Assembly: GCF_001194135.2 (NCBI RefSeq)
Contig: NC_068983.1
Coordinates: forward strand, 26,607,634 to 26,671,633
From: Octopus bimaculoides
Taxonomy: Eukaryota
Direction of reading: 5' to 3'
DNA length: 64,000 nt
In this document: positions 1-12,204 of the stretch, one piece after another
How positions within the stretch are numbered: position 1 is the first letter of the stretch
How the letters are laid out: each line of letters begins with the position of its first letter
The notes under the pieces: generated by a model
What the model saw: the letters and a program-made list of their open reading frames with translations, nothing else
What the model was told of the DNA's origin: nothing
The model's database searches: none
Program-made: the position numbers and the translations under genes

Positions 1-630
1 TGTAATATGCAAAAATTCAGTTAGTATCAATTTTGATAGAAAATCCAACATGGTAAATGTTGAGAGAAAATGATAATGTTTATTGTAACACTGCCTTGTA
101 TATGCAAGTTTTATTACCGTATAGATAAGTTTCAAAAAATGGCATATTTAAAATGTTGGATGTATTCAACTGAACGATTGATGTGAAGACTAGATAAAAG
201 ATGATGCGGGTCGATAATAGAAAATTATTTCCGTATGTGATTATAGCGGGTTTGTATTTTTATGCACGCTTTGACTTGGAACTTAGCTACTGCTGTCATG
301 AAACTCCATTGATGCAGTTTATATCAAAATATATAAATATTGTAATGATCTTTACTTCAATGAGTTGGATACATCTTTGGAGTTGACTTAAGGTGTGAAA
401 TTACTGTTATTCTTGCCATATCATCCGTAATAAAATGTAGTTAAGCACTTTAGCTATAACAATAAATCTCTTTCGTCTAGCAATGCCGTTATGAATATTT
501 GAAGAATATAGTCACCAAATACAAAACACCATTCTCTCACATTTCTTATTTGCTGCACGCATATATGCGTGTATGCGTATGCTATGTATTCCAGTGCATG
601 TATTTGTGTATTTATGTGTATGTACATATG

Positions 631-663
<33 letters not shown>

Positions 664-1344
664 NNNNNNNNNNNNNNNNNNNNNNNNNNNNNNNNNNNNN
701 NNNNNNNNNNNNNNNNNNNNNNNNNNNNNNNNNNNNNNNNNNNNNNNNNNNNNNNNNNNNNNNNNNNNNNNNNNNNNNNNNNNNNNNNNNNNNNNNNNNN
801 NNNNNNNNNNNNNNNNNNNNNNNNNNNNNNNNNNNNNNNNNNNNNNNNNNNNNNNNNNNNNNNNNNNNNNNNNNNNNNNNNNNNNNNNNNNNNNNNNNNN
901 NNNNNNNNNNNNNNNNNNNNNNNNNNNNNNNNNNNNNNNNNNNNNNNNNNNNNNNNNNNNNNNNNNNNNNNNNNNNNNNNNNNNNNNNNNNNNNNNNNNN
1001 NNNNNNNNNNNNNNNNNNNTTATGTGGGATATAGAATACTAAATATATAAAATATAATATAAAAACAGTTGGATGGTACAATGAAATGAAGTATTGAATG
1101 TCTTATTGAATACATGGAATATGTCTTATTGAATATATGAAATAATGAGTGTTCAATATAAAGGATTAACTATATAAATATATAAAGGCGAATGCGTATT
1201 TTCTATACCTTGTAATATTTCATCATGGCCGGTATGACAGACTGTAACAGACTGTAATAGACTGGCTGGTTTTCTGTCTTTTATACCAATTCCTTTGGAC
1301 AGCAGCAGTATGTGTTTGGCTATTTTTAGAGTTGATGCCAAGTT

Positions 1345-1505
1345 TATTTTTAGAAATGATGACATTTGATAGATTTTATGTGTTTTGGTTATAGGGATAA
1401 GATTTTTGAACCCCAGTAGGTGTTTGGCTATTTTTAGAAATGATGACATTTGAGAGATTTTATGTGTTTTAGTTATAGGGATAAGATTTTTAAACCGCAA
1501 GTAGG
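1345..1505. repeat. 84-bp local tandem duplication (two near-identical units)
   Basis: TATTTTTAGAAATGATGACATTTGA.AGATTTTATGTGTTTT.GTTATAGGGATAAGATTTTT starts at both 1345 and 1429. The repeated peptide FKNLIPITKTHKI.QMSSFLK in ORF 1153..1500 reflects this. Confidence 0.9.
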
Positions 1506-1887
1506 ATAAATTTAATCATTGTTTGTTAAGAGTAGGTTTAAATTTCTTAATAAAGTCCTTTTCTTTGCATTTTCTCTCAATTTCATTCCGGTTGTAAAGT
1601 TTATGGAATGGAAATATAATAAAAGTTTGATGACCACATGTTGCCAGATCGTTACTCAGTGGTATTTGGCGGACTTCTGGGTTTTTAATCTGTTGTCGAT
1701 GCACCCGTGAGCGTTCCCATAGTGCATTACCTATATCTTAGACACTAAAAATTACATATGCTGTCTCTATTCAGCAAATTGTGTACATATATGTATTGTT
1801 ACGACACATGTTGCCTCAGACTGAGTAAACCTGATTAGATGTTATGTTTAATATAGAAATAAAGGAAATTTCTGATACAAATGCCAT

Positions 1888-1888
<1 letters not shown>

Positions 1889-1944
<56 letters not shown>
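1889..1944. repeat. (AT)n microsatellite at the 3' end of the RTE LINE
   Basis: Pure AT dinucleotide run directly abutting the RTE 3' terminus. Confidence 0.95.
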
Positions 1945-1949
<5 letters not shown>

Positions 1950-2650
1950 GCTGTCCCCGTCGGTTTCGACGTACTCTTTCATTGGCAGTCATATTGCAGA
2001 TGTCGAGTGTCACATTTAAGTTCTACCAAAGATTTGCCAAGAAGACCACACATGTGGATTGCAGGTTACGCAGATTGTATTTTTGCAGCCGCTTTTGTCT
2101 TTTACCTTGCGACCCGTAGCCTGTAAATGCTAGTTGCAACAAAGTTTCTAATACCATTTTGACACACCTCTATTTTGTTCGTTCTAAGGCGTCTCATTCA
2201 AATTGTTGTGTACTACCTTCAATTCTATGACGTTACTCTTCAGCTTGTCGTTATATCTGAGTCATGGTTAACCAACATTGCTGTGCTCACTCTCAAAATG
2301 GCTGTACATGAACAATTAGTGTATTCTTATGTTACAGAGTCTGATGACATGGCCAGCACTGCGCAATTTTTATTGCATAAAGAATCTCTCGATTCTACCA
2401 ATCTTACACTTGCTAAAAAAAAGGCGGCATTAGAAACTGTCTTTTATGAATAACCGCAGATTGTCTTCAGACAGTCTTTGAGGAAGATGTCTAGCTGATT
2501 AATGTGTCGTCTATAGGGTATCCACGATTCTTAGCCATACAAGAGTGGAGTAAGAATAACAGCTATATAGACCTGTACTTTGGTGTCAAGTTTGATGCTT
2601 TCTCATTCCATAGGCGATGACGAAGTTTGCCAAATGCGTTGGCAACAATC
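1944..2650 (-). mobile_element. 5'-truncated, decayed RTE-clade LINE (post-RT C-terminal region and 3' end)
   Basis: Minus-strand translation with stops/frameshifts reads ANAFGKLRHRLWNEKSIKLDTKVQVYIAVILTPLLYG*ESWIPYRRHINQLDIFLKDCL. This matches the RTE pattern AFGRL..RVW...I...TK..VY.AVVL..LLYG.E.W..Y.RH...L..F...CL. It ends in a CGTCG-AAAC-CGACG stem-loop followed by (AT)n. Confidence 0.8.
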
Positions 2651-2708
2651 CACGTGCAGTTACATTTTGAAATTGTATGTATATTTTGAAAGAATGTATG
2701 TATATATA

Positions 2709-3200
2709 TTGTGTCATCCCATAAATAATGCGGATTTTTCAATACTTTTTAAGTCTAAGATTCTTAGTCTAATGTTCTTAATCTAAAGTCGTTAGTCTAA
2801 AGTTCTTAATCTTAAGTTCATTTTTAATCTAAAATATACTCTCCTTCATTTTCTACAATACTTTTCCATCTGTCTGCCAGGGTTTGCAGGACGTCCTCGC
2901 TGAGCTCTACAGATCTTCCAGGGCGAAGTTCCTCTTCTAGGATGTAGTCTACGGTTTGGAATTTCTGGAACCACCGTTGCCACTGGCTTACGCTTAATGT
3001 CCAATATACTGCATTAATATTCCTCGCACTTTCCTTTGCGTTGTTGGCTTCATTGAACTCATAAAGCAAATATGTCGAATATGCTAATTCTTTACTTCCA
3101 TTACAGTTTTTTTTTTTTAATTGCTGTTAAAATCGAACAGCACTCTTCAAGACTCGCACTAAGATTAAGAAGAAGTTAAAATTACTACCTGCTTTTATAG
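2709..3200 (-). mobile_element. Internally deleted mariner-type DNA transposon relic
   Basis: ORF 2824..3069 joins the mariner N-terminal HTH (LYEFNEANNAKESARNINAVY...QRWFQKF...LEEELRPGRS) directly to the transposase C-terminus (DRWKSIVENEGEYILD*). A TA followed by a TIR-like TTGTGTCATCCCATAAATAATGCGGATTTTT lies at 2707-2739. The opposite TIR was not found, so the right boundary is approximate. Confidence 0.8.
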
Positions 3201-5387
3201 TAAGTCACTGTATATATTTTATTGTGTCCGGGGAGAGTCATTCTCTTTTAATGCTTTATTAATGAAAACACTCACAAGTTCGTTTTCCACTCATCTACTT
3301 ACCTATTTTTTCAAACAGCTTTGAAATTATACTAAAAATACCATTCATTTAAATACATGTTTGAAATTCAAGAAGTAGATATATTTCACCCATGTACCGT
3401 GTGGTATCATGGATCTTGCTTAAACGAAAATGATGTTCAGTAAGACAAAGAAATATCATAATTTAACCAGTAAAATGTATGGAGCGATATTACATATGCT
3501 GAATACAAATGGTATGTCCATGGAAGTGAAAGGACGCCATTCTTCATTTGTTTTAATAATGGTATCAAAAACTAATTTATTTCAATTGCGTGATTTTGCA
3601 AATCCTGAGCAGCAAATCTTTTAGACAAAGTCAAAGGTACAGGAAATAAATAAAGATCTATGGCTTGAAAACCTGTTTTACTCACGATCAAAAATGTCAT
3701 GAATGCAAAGTGACTTTAACCTGGTACTCTCGATTTGGTGCTGAATATCGTTAACTAAATATTTTAATTCAGACTCTTAATTACTAAGCCTGGACTAAAA
3801 CATACAACTGGAAGCCTCTAATAACGTGATCTTTCACACGTAAACGCTAGTGGACCACTGAGTCCGGGAAGCACAAATAAGTCTTCAGTAATACTGAGAT
3901 GATTCTCAAACATCACAAGTCACTGTTGAACTGTAAACAAATATAACAGCATAAGATGAGAAACTGATAGGTGGATTCTGACCTCAGGATACTGTCGAAC
4001 TTATTCTTCCCCTCCCCATCTGTTTCGGTCATCCGTGGCTTTTTTATCCAATTTTCTAGACTGACATCAATTGGTCGTATTTTTACCTTCATATACAATG
4101 TCCAATATATTGACATTGTTGTCTCCTAAATTTGTTAAGAAGCTATCTGGTAGTCTTTGCTCGATAAATTATCTCGATGTAAGAAAGAACACTACATACG
4201 ATACAATTAGCACTTGTTTAAGGCACCACATCTCCACAGTAACTTTAAGCTTTTACACAATTTTTTTAATGTTTCAGATCATACAACTATATGTAAGGGA
4301 GCTCTAGTGTATTTCTCTACGACTTATTTCCTCAACCTCAAATTTTGATAATCGTATATATGAAGATATCCTTTATTGTTTAAGGCTTACATATGTAGAT
4401 TTAGCCTGTCCTTATCTTAATATCTTTGATGTTTCTTTTTCTTTAATATACAAGCTATTTTCCATTTGTTATTATTATTTTAAATGTATATATATATTTT
4501 TTTTAAATATATTTCTAAATACATTTCCATTGGTCTTGTCAACTTATCCACAACGCTATAGTTCTTATAAATGATTGTATTAACACTTCCTCCAATGACG
4601 CAGGAGCCAAAACCACATGAAATATCTCTAATACAAACCACCTCTAATGATGATCTAACTAAGCACTTATGGTTACACATGAAATCCATTAAATCTTAAT
4701 TTCATTCGAACTACAACAACAAAATATAATAGAGATGTCTAAGTATTTGACGCTGACTTAAGTACATATTACAACGAAATTAGTCAGAACAATGTAGAAT
4801 CAAAAGCGACCAGTGTTTAATCAAATATTCAATTAAAAGTATTCGATGTAAACTTCATCTACTTGTATTACCTGCAGCCATTTTACTAATGCCATTGAAT
4901 GCCACCACTACCACCCGATGTAAAATACCTCAATGGTACTGTATTGCTACTAAATCAATATGATATATAACGCTTCACCGTATCATACATCCCCTACTTT
5001 AAAAACAATGTGGAAATACAAATACAATTTTTTTCTATAGATAATTTTATTTTATACATCTCCCTCTTATCCGTTTACCCAATTCAATTTCAAAACATTC
5101 CCTGTCCCTCTTCTTTATATTCTGTGTCGAAAGCTGTTCACTCATCGTGTTAATCTGTTCTTCAATGTAACATTTCAACTTCATAACTCCAAAAGTTCTC
5201 CTGTATTTTTATGTCAGTTCTTTCTCTTTCTAGTTCTCTGTTTCTATAAACCTCTCTCTTTGTCTTTCTCTCTCTTATTCATTGCTCACCATTTCTGAAA
5301 CTTTGAAATTCACCTCGCTCTAGCTTCCTTTTTTTTCTTTTCTTTTAATCTATTTAAATTGTCTTCTACATATATTCGGATACTCAC

Positions 5388-5450
5388 AATTATACAGGCA
5401 TATAAAACAATTAGCAAAATCATTGTCCATATTACCAATACATTTTTCAT
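5388..5450 (-). CDS. Candidate first coding exon of an unidentified secreted/membrane protein (signal-peptide-like MKNVLVIWTMILLIVLYACII)
   Basis: 72-nt exon 5459-5388 with acceptor TTTTTTGTGTATATGTATCACAG| and a strong donor |GTGAGT. An in-frame TAA precedes the ATG (5450-5448), which is followed by a basic residue and a hydrophobic stretch. No compatible downstream exon identified. Confidence 0.35.
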
Positions 5451-8400
5451 TGGAAGTTACTGTGATACATATACACAAAAAACATAAGCATTCACTCTCA
5501 TTTTCATCCATACATTCGCAAATGGACACACAAATAGTTGTAAACATTGCTCTCTTCTGATAGCAACTCCTTATATATGTTGCTGCAATTAGACATTACA
5601 CACTGAAGCACTTTTGAGTAATCGAAGATTGCTTGCTTTCTAATTTATCACTTTCAAAGTCGATAAAGATACAATGTTTATTTCAAAAGCATGTGTCTTT
5701 GTAATCGACAAAATGTCGAATACAACAATCTAAGAAAAAAAATATGAGTATCGAACACTACAAAATAACATACGATAATTGTTTATTATTTCTCTGAATA
5801 AATACAACACAGCCCACGCATGCACGCGTAAAGGGAGTTATTGCAATTTTCTTGGTTCTTCCAAAACACGGACAATAATTCTTTTGATCATTGTTGAACT
5901 GAATATCATATTTCACCGTACACTATTGTTCACTTGTCATTCCATAGTGAATTTTATTGAATGAAATTCAAAATTGTGTTCTTATGACTGCGATGCAGCA
6001 ACAATTCTGAAAATTCAATGAGACCAACTATAACTTCTGTATTGATATTTCCCATTAATGTATTTTATATTGTATTGAAAACCTTTTAATCCTTGCAAGA
6101 GCGAAACTTCTTGTTTTAATAATTTCAGTATGTTAAACTCGTACAACTCTGGTTTTAATGTCCATTCGCAGCGTGACTACAGAAGTAAAAGGATTATTCA
6201 AAAAGGTTAAAAATCACAGAACTGATTTTCGTGTAGGCAGATGCAGGGATTTAAAAAGATTATTTGAAAATTGTTTGTAATTTTCCATTTCGAGGCTGAA
6301 TAACATGATACTAATAAGTACAACTAATTATGTTTCATAAATATGTGATTCTGTTCAGGATATATGATGACATGAAATATTACTTATAACGAGTTAATCT
6401 CTAATATGCTTCTTTGCTCTCCAAGAAGCTGGTTAAAATATGTTACCCAATAGAAATATGTTCACTGACTAATCACCCTCCACTAAGTGGAAGTATTTCT
6501 ACTGAGTTGTCTCTAACTTCAAACTATTAGATACCACATACAAGAAAGGAAGAGCTCGTCTCCCAGGTTGCTAGCCTCTGTCAGGGATTTTTGGCTTCAC
6601 GCGCAATCTCTGCCCCACGTCACTGATTCTGCACTACTCTACTTCCTTACATCTACTTCATTCATAACTTTCTCCTCCATTCCACTCTGCTCCTCTCGCA
6701 TTCTGCCTTTCTTTGTCCTCCTCTCTCTCACACTCTCTCACTCTTTATCTCTCTTTGTATTTCTCTCCCTGTCTCTCTGTCTCTCTCTGTCTCTGTTTAT
6801 CTCTCTCTCTCTCTCCCTCTCTCTCTCTCCCTCTCTCTCATTCACGCTTCCTTTCCAGCACCACGTTGTAAACTCATTTCTGAAAGTGCAGTGAACATTT
6901 AACACAAACACTATTACCACGAATCTCTGAATTTAAAATATAACTCTTCCAGTGATGAGGATAAGAACACTTAACCCTACTCTATATGTTTATATTTGGT
7001 GAGCAAATTAACAAAATGCATATTTCCTGAGAATTCATATTTACTTTTTGGAAACTTCTGTTTCATATTCAAAATTTGGGATCTAGTTGCCTGGAGAAAC
7101 ATCACTAACTGCATTTCAAATCTATTAGTCGTTCTAAAAGGTGTCAGAAAATACAAGTTATATTTATGGCTATGAAGGTAAGGAAGGAAAGACCTAATGC
7201 ATTTTCTTCGGGGCATCCGATGATTATCGACAATTAATCTCATAACAGAAACCACTACGGTCACGTTTAGCAGAGATAACTCTGCTAATAACACGCAAAG
7301 ACCCCAAGGCGATGATAAACCATTTTAACGAAGATTTAAATGCTTGTTTACCTCCTACTCATGCCTATAAGGCTTTGTAATATATATCATGCTTATGCTA
7401 ATTTTTTTTATTATCCTATATAAACATTGTGCATACATAGACACCTTCATGACGCTTCAATGTTCGATAAGGTGGTACTTCCAAAATATTATAATGGGGG
7501 AGAGAGAGGGGAGAGAATGAGGGAGATAGAGGGGAGAGAAAGAGGGAGAGGGAGCGGCACTAGCATTGGGATGGTACTTATTTTCAGCTGCAGAGACTGG
7601 CGCAATACGAAGTGTCGTTTTCAAAGATTCAACGTGCTGTCCAGTATAGGGGTTGAACCTATATTGTTATCGTTACTCGAACACTCTAACCTGTGGCACA
7701 CTCACTTTCGCCACACCATAATAAATATAAAGAAATCAATAGAATATATTAGGATGGAACATATTTATCATAAGTGTATGCTATTCAGAAGTAAGAAAAT
7801 CTTTCAGGCTATTGTGAAAGATATTAGAATTGCGAATACAAGCCCATCATAACATGATAAACTTAGAAACAGATTTCCTATATGGTGTGAGTAATCAACA
7901 AGTGGCATGTACCATAGATAACTATTTTGAGAAACGAATTATTTGTTAGATGCAGTTAGAAGGCGGTGGCAGTACATATGCATTGTTTACAAGAATATAG
8001 GTGGTTATGTCGACTCAATACTTGAAAAGACATTCTCTATTTATATCCAAAACGTGAAAAGCAAAGTTAATATGGGCATAATTCAGGTAAAGGTTAAAAA
8101 AGTGACGTAAAAATATAAGAAAAATAGCTTATGTGCAATATACTCTATAGATTATGCCATCATTTGCTCAGTTATCTTTTTGTACAAAATATTACAAAAC
8201 AGCAAAACTGTTTATATGTTCGGCATTCCGACTAAATTAGCTGAAATTTTGAATACACTTGTTTACTTTCACACTGTATTAAAAAAATGCTTAATGTCCA
8301 TCATTTTGGAGAAAGACAGCAATAGTCATAAACGCCACGACACTTTGATTTATCGTGACTTTACGTTAAGGAGAAACCATATGTATCTCAATTGGAAATA

Positions 8401-9688
8401 CATGATAAAATCGTTAATATTTTCCATGCACTATTTCACCCAACATTTTAGTCACGAAGATAAAAGGCAGACTCAATCTGGGCAAAATTTGAAATCGTAT
8501 TGTGAAGAGTTTGAACGATATAACTAAGGCCATTTTGTTCATACTTCAACTGATACGAGGATACATATGCGATATCATTCATTAATACTGAACACAATTA
8601 ATGAGCAAAGATAAATTAAAAAAGATAAATCCGTGTAGAGAACTGAAGGCCATACAGAAAAAGAATATTACTTGTAAATGCGTGACAGTTTCATAGATAA
8701 AACTAACTTTGATTCCATCAGAAGTAAAATACTGTCCATTTTATTTACTAACATTAAGCGTGATATAGGCTTGTTATAATGATAAATTAACATTAATTTC
8801 TGTTAGCAATACATATATTCTCAAATATACATGTGTTTTTTAGACATATTTTCTGAAAGTCTCTTTGTAGTATCGGGTGATATATAATCCACATTCAACA
8901 GAGTTAGAAGGCTTGCTATGAGTACGATCCGCGGCTTGGTCATTGTATGGCAAGTCAACACCAGTCATCAAAGAGCTCTCGAAAGAATTCATTCTTTCTA
9001 TGCACGTTCTCGAGCTTCTAGTCGTGTGAGACGTTTGTATGTGCTTTTATGGGTGCGCATAGCATATGGTGAAATATAATCTGCAGTAAGTTCCGCACTC
9101 AATGAAACTTTCTCAAGCAATATTACATTCAATTATGATAAATTGCGCGTTACAAGTAACATTATGTTCTGTTCTAAAAGAGCTTATCCAAAAGAAGTGT
9201 TATTTCATTCGGCTGGCGGAATGTTTATTTCTTACTTTGATTATTTAAAAAATTATATTAAAAATAAAGTAGTTGCTAAGGGTAGAGGGAAAATGATGAG
9301 AGAATGACGGTTAAATTGCAAATAATTTATGATATCTAGAATTAATCAAAAGGTATAGAATTTCTAGCGTAGTATGCAAGAAATCATATGAATAAAAAAT
9401 TGAAATAATATAAATAAATATCACTTATAGTACACATTGAAAATAAATTAAGCCATATGCAGCTACATTCTCTACCTCTAATAATAGGTTAAGTCAACAT
9501 GTGTAAAAGAAAAAAATATATATATGTATCTAAGAAATGCACATCAAGTTAAAATTATTTTGTGAAGTTACCAACGCGCCAAGTCAGCAGTTTTACAATT
9601 GTCTGTATATAATGGAAACACTGAATCGACATTAACACGAACATCAGCAATNNNNNNNNNNNNNNNNNNNNNNNNNNNNNNNNNNNNN

Positions 9689-9770
9689 AGAAGAAGAAGA
9701 AGAAGAAGAAGAAGAAGAAGAAGAAGAAGAAGAAGAAGAAGAAGAAGAAGAAGAAGAAGAAGAAGAAGAA
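9689..9770. repeat. (AGA)n microsatellite next to an N-gap
   Basis: Pure AGA run following gap 9652-9688. Confidence 0.95.
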
Positions 9771-11344
9771 ACACAAGCAGGAGAAGAAAATCTAAAAACA
9801 AAGAAAATCATATTTATAATAGAAGTTCCTTTGGTGTCAGTGATGTGCTTTTGCCTGTGATGTTTGGAAGTATCTTTTATCTGGTAATGATTTTGTTTAT
9901 TCTTTATACATTCAGACACATGCTGGAATACAGAGAACACGCACACATACTCTCTTTCCGTCGCTTTCTTCTTTAGTTTCTATGAGTGTAAGTATATACG
10001 CGTTTATTTACACATACACAGATATATGTATGCATATGTTTTGGAAGTTGGTTAGTGCGTGTATACGTGCGTAGTATATGCCTGTATATTATATCGTGTA
10101 TTATTGTCTATATTAATAATCGAAAGTCAAATATTGACTGGTACAAAAGTAATAACTTGTAATAATAGTTTTTTTTTTTTCTAATATCTTAACTTTAAAG
10201 AGATTTTATTTTACAGTAAACATATATAATATATTATTTCAACTACAAACTTATCTTTCTTTACAGAGTTGGTTTTACCTCCATTCTATATATTTGCTTA
10301 TCAGTTCATTCAACTTATTCTTTGGCCTTGCTCGAAATGTACATATTTTCTATAAATTTATTTCGATTACATATTCACTGTTATACCTTACTGGAAATCA
10401 ATTGGCAATCGAGTTGAAGAGCTTCAAACTGTACACATACATACATTTTGGACGACCTGATAACTGGCTTGAATATTTTTTCAATGATCAGTGTCCATTT
10501 TATTTCTGTATTCCTTTATCTACTGCACTTATTATAAATGGCAGAAAATATTATAAAGCATGTCGAGATAAATGGCAGCGTTGCAAAACACAACAGGTTG
10601 TTAAATGACAAAAATGCATGGTGTTTTAGATCCCACTTATTCTGACTGGTAACATTTAAAACAAGAAAACTAGTAATTTTCTTCGTGTAATGATGGTGAA
10701 CAGTTGCATTATTGATTTTATAGAATATTAATCTCTATTTTTGATATACTCTCTGGATTATATTTTTAGGATATTGATCTAATCTTTAGCTATTTAAAGT
10801 ATTGCTTTGTTTGCATTTTAATGTATGTACGGTTATATAGAAAAAAAATTGTTTAGAGATGCAGTATGTCTACAAGAATAAATAGGCAGCGAATTAAAAC
10901 ACATGTAAGGAAAATTGGTTTCAGCGATTTCTTTTAGCAGTTTACGTATTTCAAGTAGTTTATATTTAGTTACTAAAGTTAAGTAAAATACATTTAATAT
11001 AATATATTTACGTTAAATAAATATAACAAAAATCAAAGAAGAGATAAATATACTTTTACAATTATGTGGTGTTTGGAGAAAGCAATATTAAGTATACATT
11101 TAAGCTAACGGTTTCACTCGTTAATACATATTCTGTTATACAGTTTTACAAGTTTATTTGATTCAGTTATTGTACTGTAGCCATATGAGACAGCGTCTAG
11201 TAGCGTCACTCCGCCGTACTAGCGAAGTATCGAATAGAGATTTTATCGGTCCGTTTGCGGAATCGCCTAGGTAGGATGACGTAAACAAACCAACACCAGC
11301 TGCCAAGTGATGGTGGGACAAACACATACACACACGCTTATATA

Positions 11345-12204
11345 CAGGGTGCCGTGAAGAAACTGTCGGCTACATTATGCAAAAATGAAAATAACATTGA
11401 CATCTCATTTTAGCAGATACATTTACCAAAATTACATAAAAATATCTTGAAATAATAAAGAGTAAATTTATTCAGTAAAATCGGCGTTTCCTTCAACCAC
11501 GACCTCCCCACAACTTCGGAATCTCCTGGAGGGTTTCTGGATGGTCTCCTTGTTTAAGTTCGTGAATGCAGCCATAATATTTGCCTTCAGTTCATCTTTC
11601 GCTTTACAAGGAGTTTTGTTGGTCTCTCTCTCAACTGCGCCCCATACATAATAATCAAGGGGATTACAGTATAGGGAGTTAGGTGGCCAGATGTTTGGGG
11701 CGATGTAGTCGCAGAAATTCTACGGACAGCCATGACTGTGTTCTCCGGCTTGTGGAGAATGGTACGGAGTCTTGTTGCCAGACATAGGATCTTCTAGCAT
11801 TCATCCTATTGACCCAGGATAGCACTACCTCCTCAAGGCACTTGATGTAGGCCTCAGCTTTGAGTCTGATGCCGTGTGGGTAGATGAATGGAGGCATAAC
11901 GTTGCCGTCTCAAGTGATCACACCAAACACCATGAAGGTGACTAGATGTTTGATTTTTATAACACTCAGTATACACCCTCAGATTGTACTGTCCTCAACT
12001 TGACATCGAAGCACTCTGAAATGTTCGTATTCGAACTTCCGATGCGAATGTCAAGCAGTACACTATGCCGTTGCCAAATTTCTGGCAGAGAAATTGCGTC
12101 CAACCGGCCCTATTATACTGTGTAACCGACCAAATCAAAAGTAAACAATGCTCATGCGTGTAATCAAAAATACTAAATGTCGACAATTTACCCATCGCAC
12201 CCTG
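11345..12204 (-). mobile_element. Internally deleted DD37D (maT-type) IS630-Tc1-mariner transposon with both TIRs and TA duplication
   Basis: Ends read TA|CAGGGTGCCGTGAAGAAACTGTCG and (reverse complement) TA|CAGGGTGCGATGGGTAAATTGTCG. The minus-strand relic reads MVFGVIT*DGNVMPPFIYP...WQQDSVPFSTSRRTQSWLS, then after one frameshift NFCDYIAPNIWPPNSLYCNPLDYYVWGAVERETNK. Correcting the frameshift gives 37 residues between QQD and PLD. An N-terminal HTH remnant is fused to the catalytic part. Confidence 0.88.

Noticed and set aside
499-1081. Long ORFs spanning N-gaps (also 56510-57613, 58162-59106, 59769-60755)
   Set aside because: Artefacts of N runs plus (AT)n/(GT)n flanks. The ten gaps hide about 3.3 kb that cannot be assessed.
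8180-8527. 115-aa plus-strand ORF
   Set aside because: No recognisable motif, no convincing splice or start context, AT-rich composition; compatible with chance.
10265-10608. Stop-free frame after a good acceptor (TTTCTTTACAG), hydrophobic translation
   Set aside because: No family motif recognised and no matching upstream exon. T-rich DNA yields hydrophobic pseudo-ORFs.
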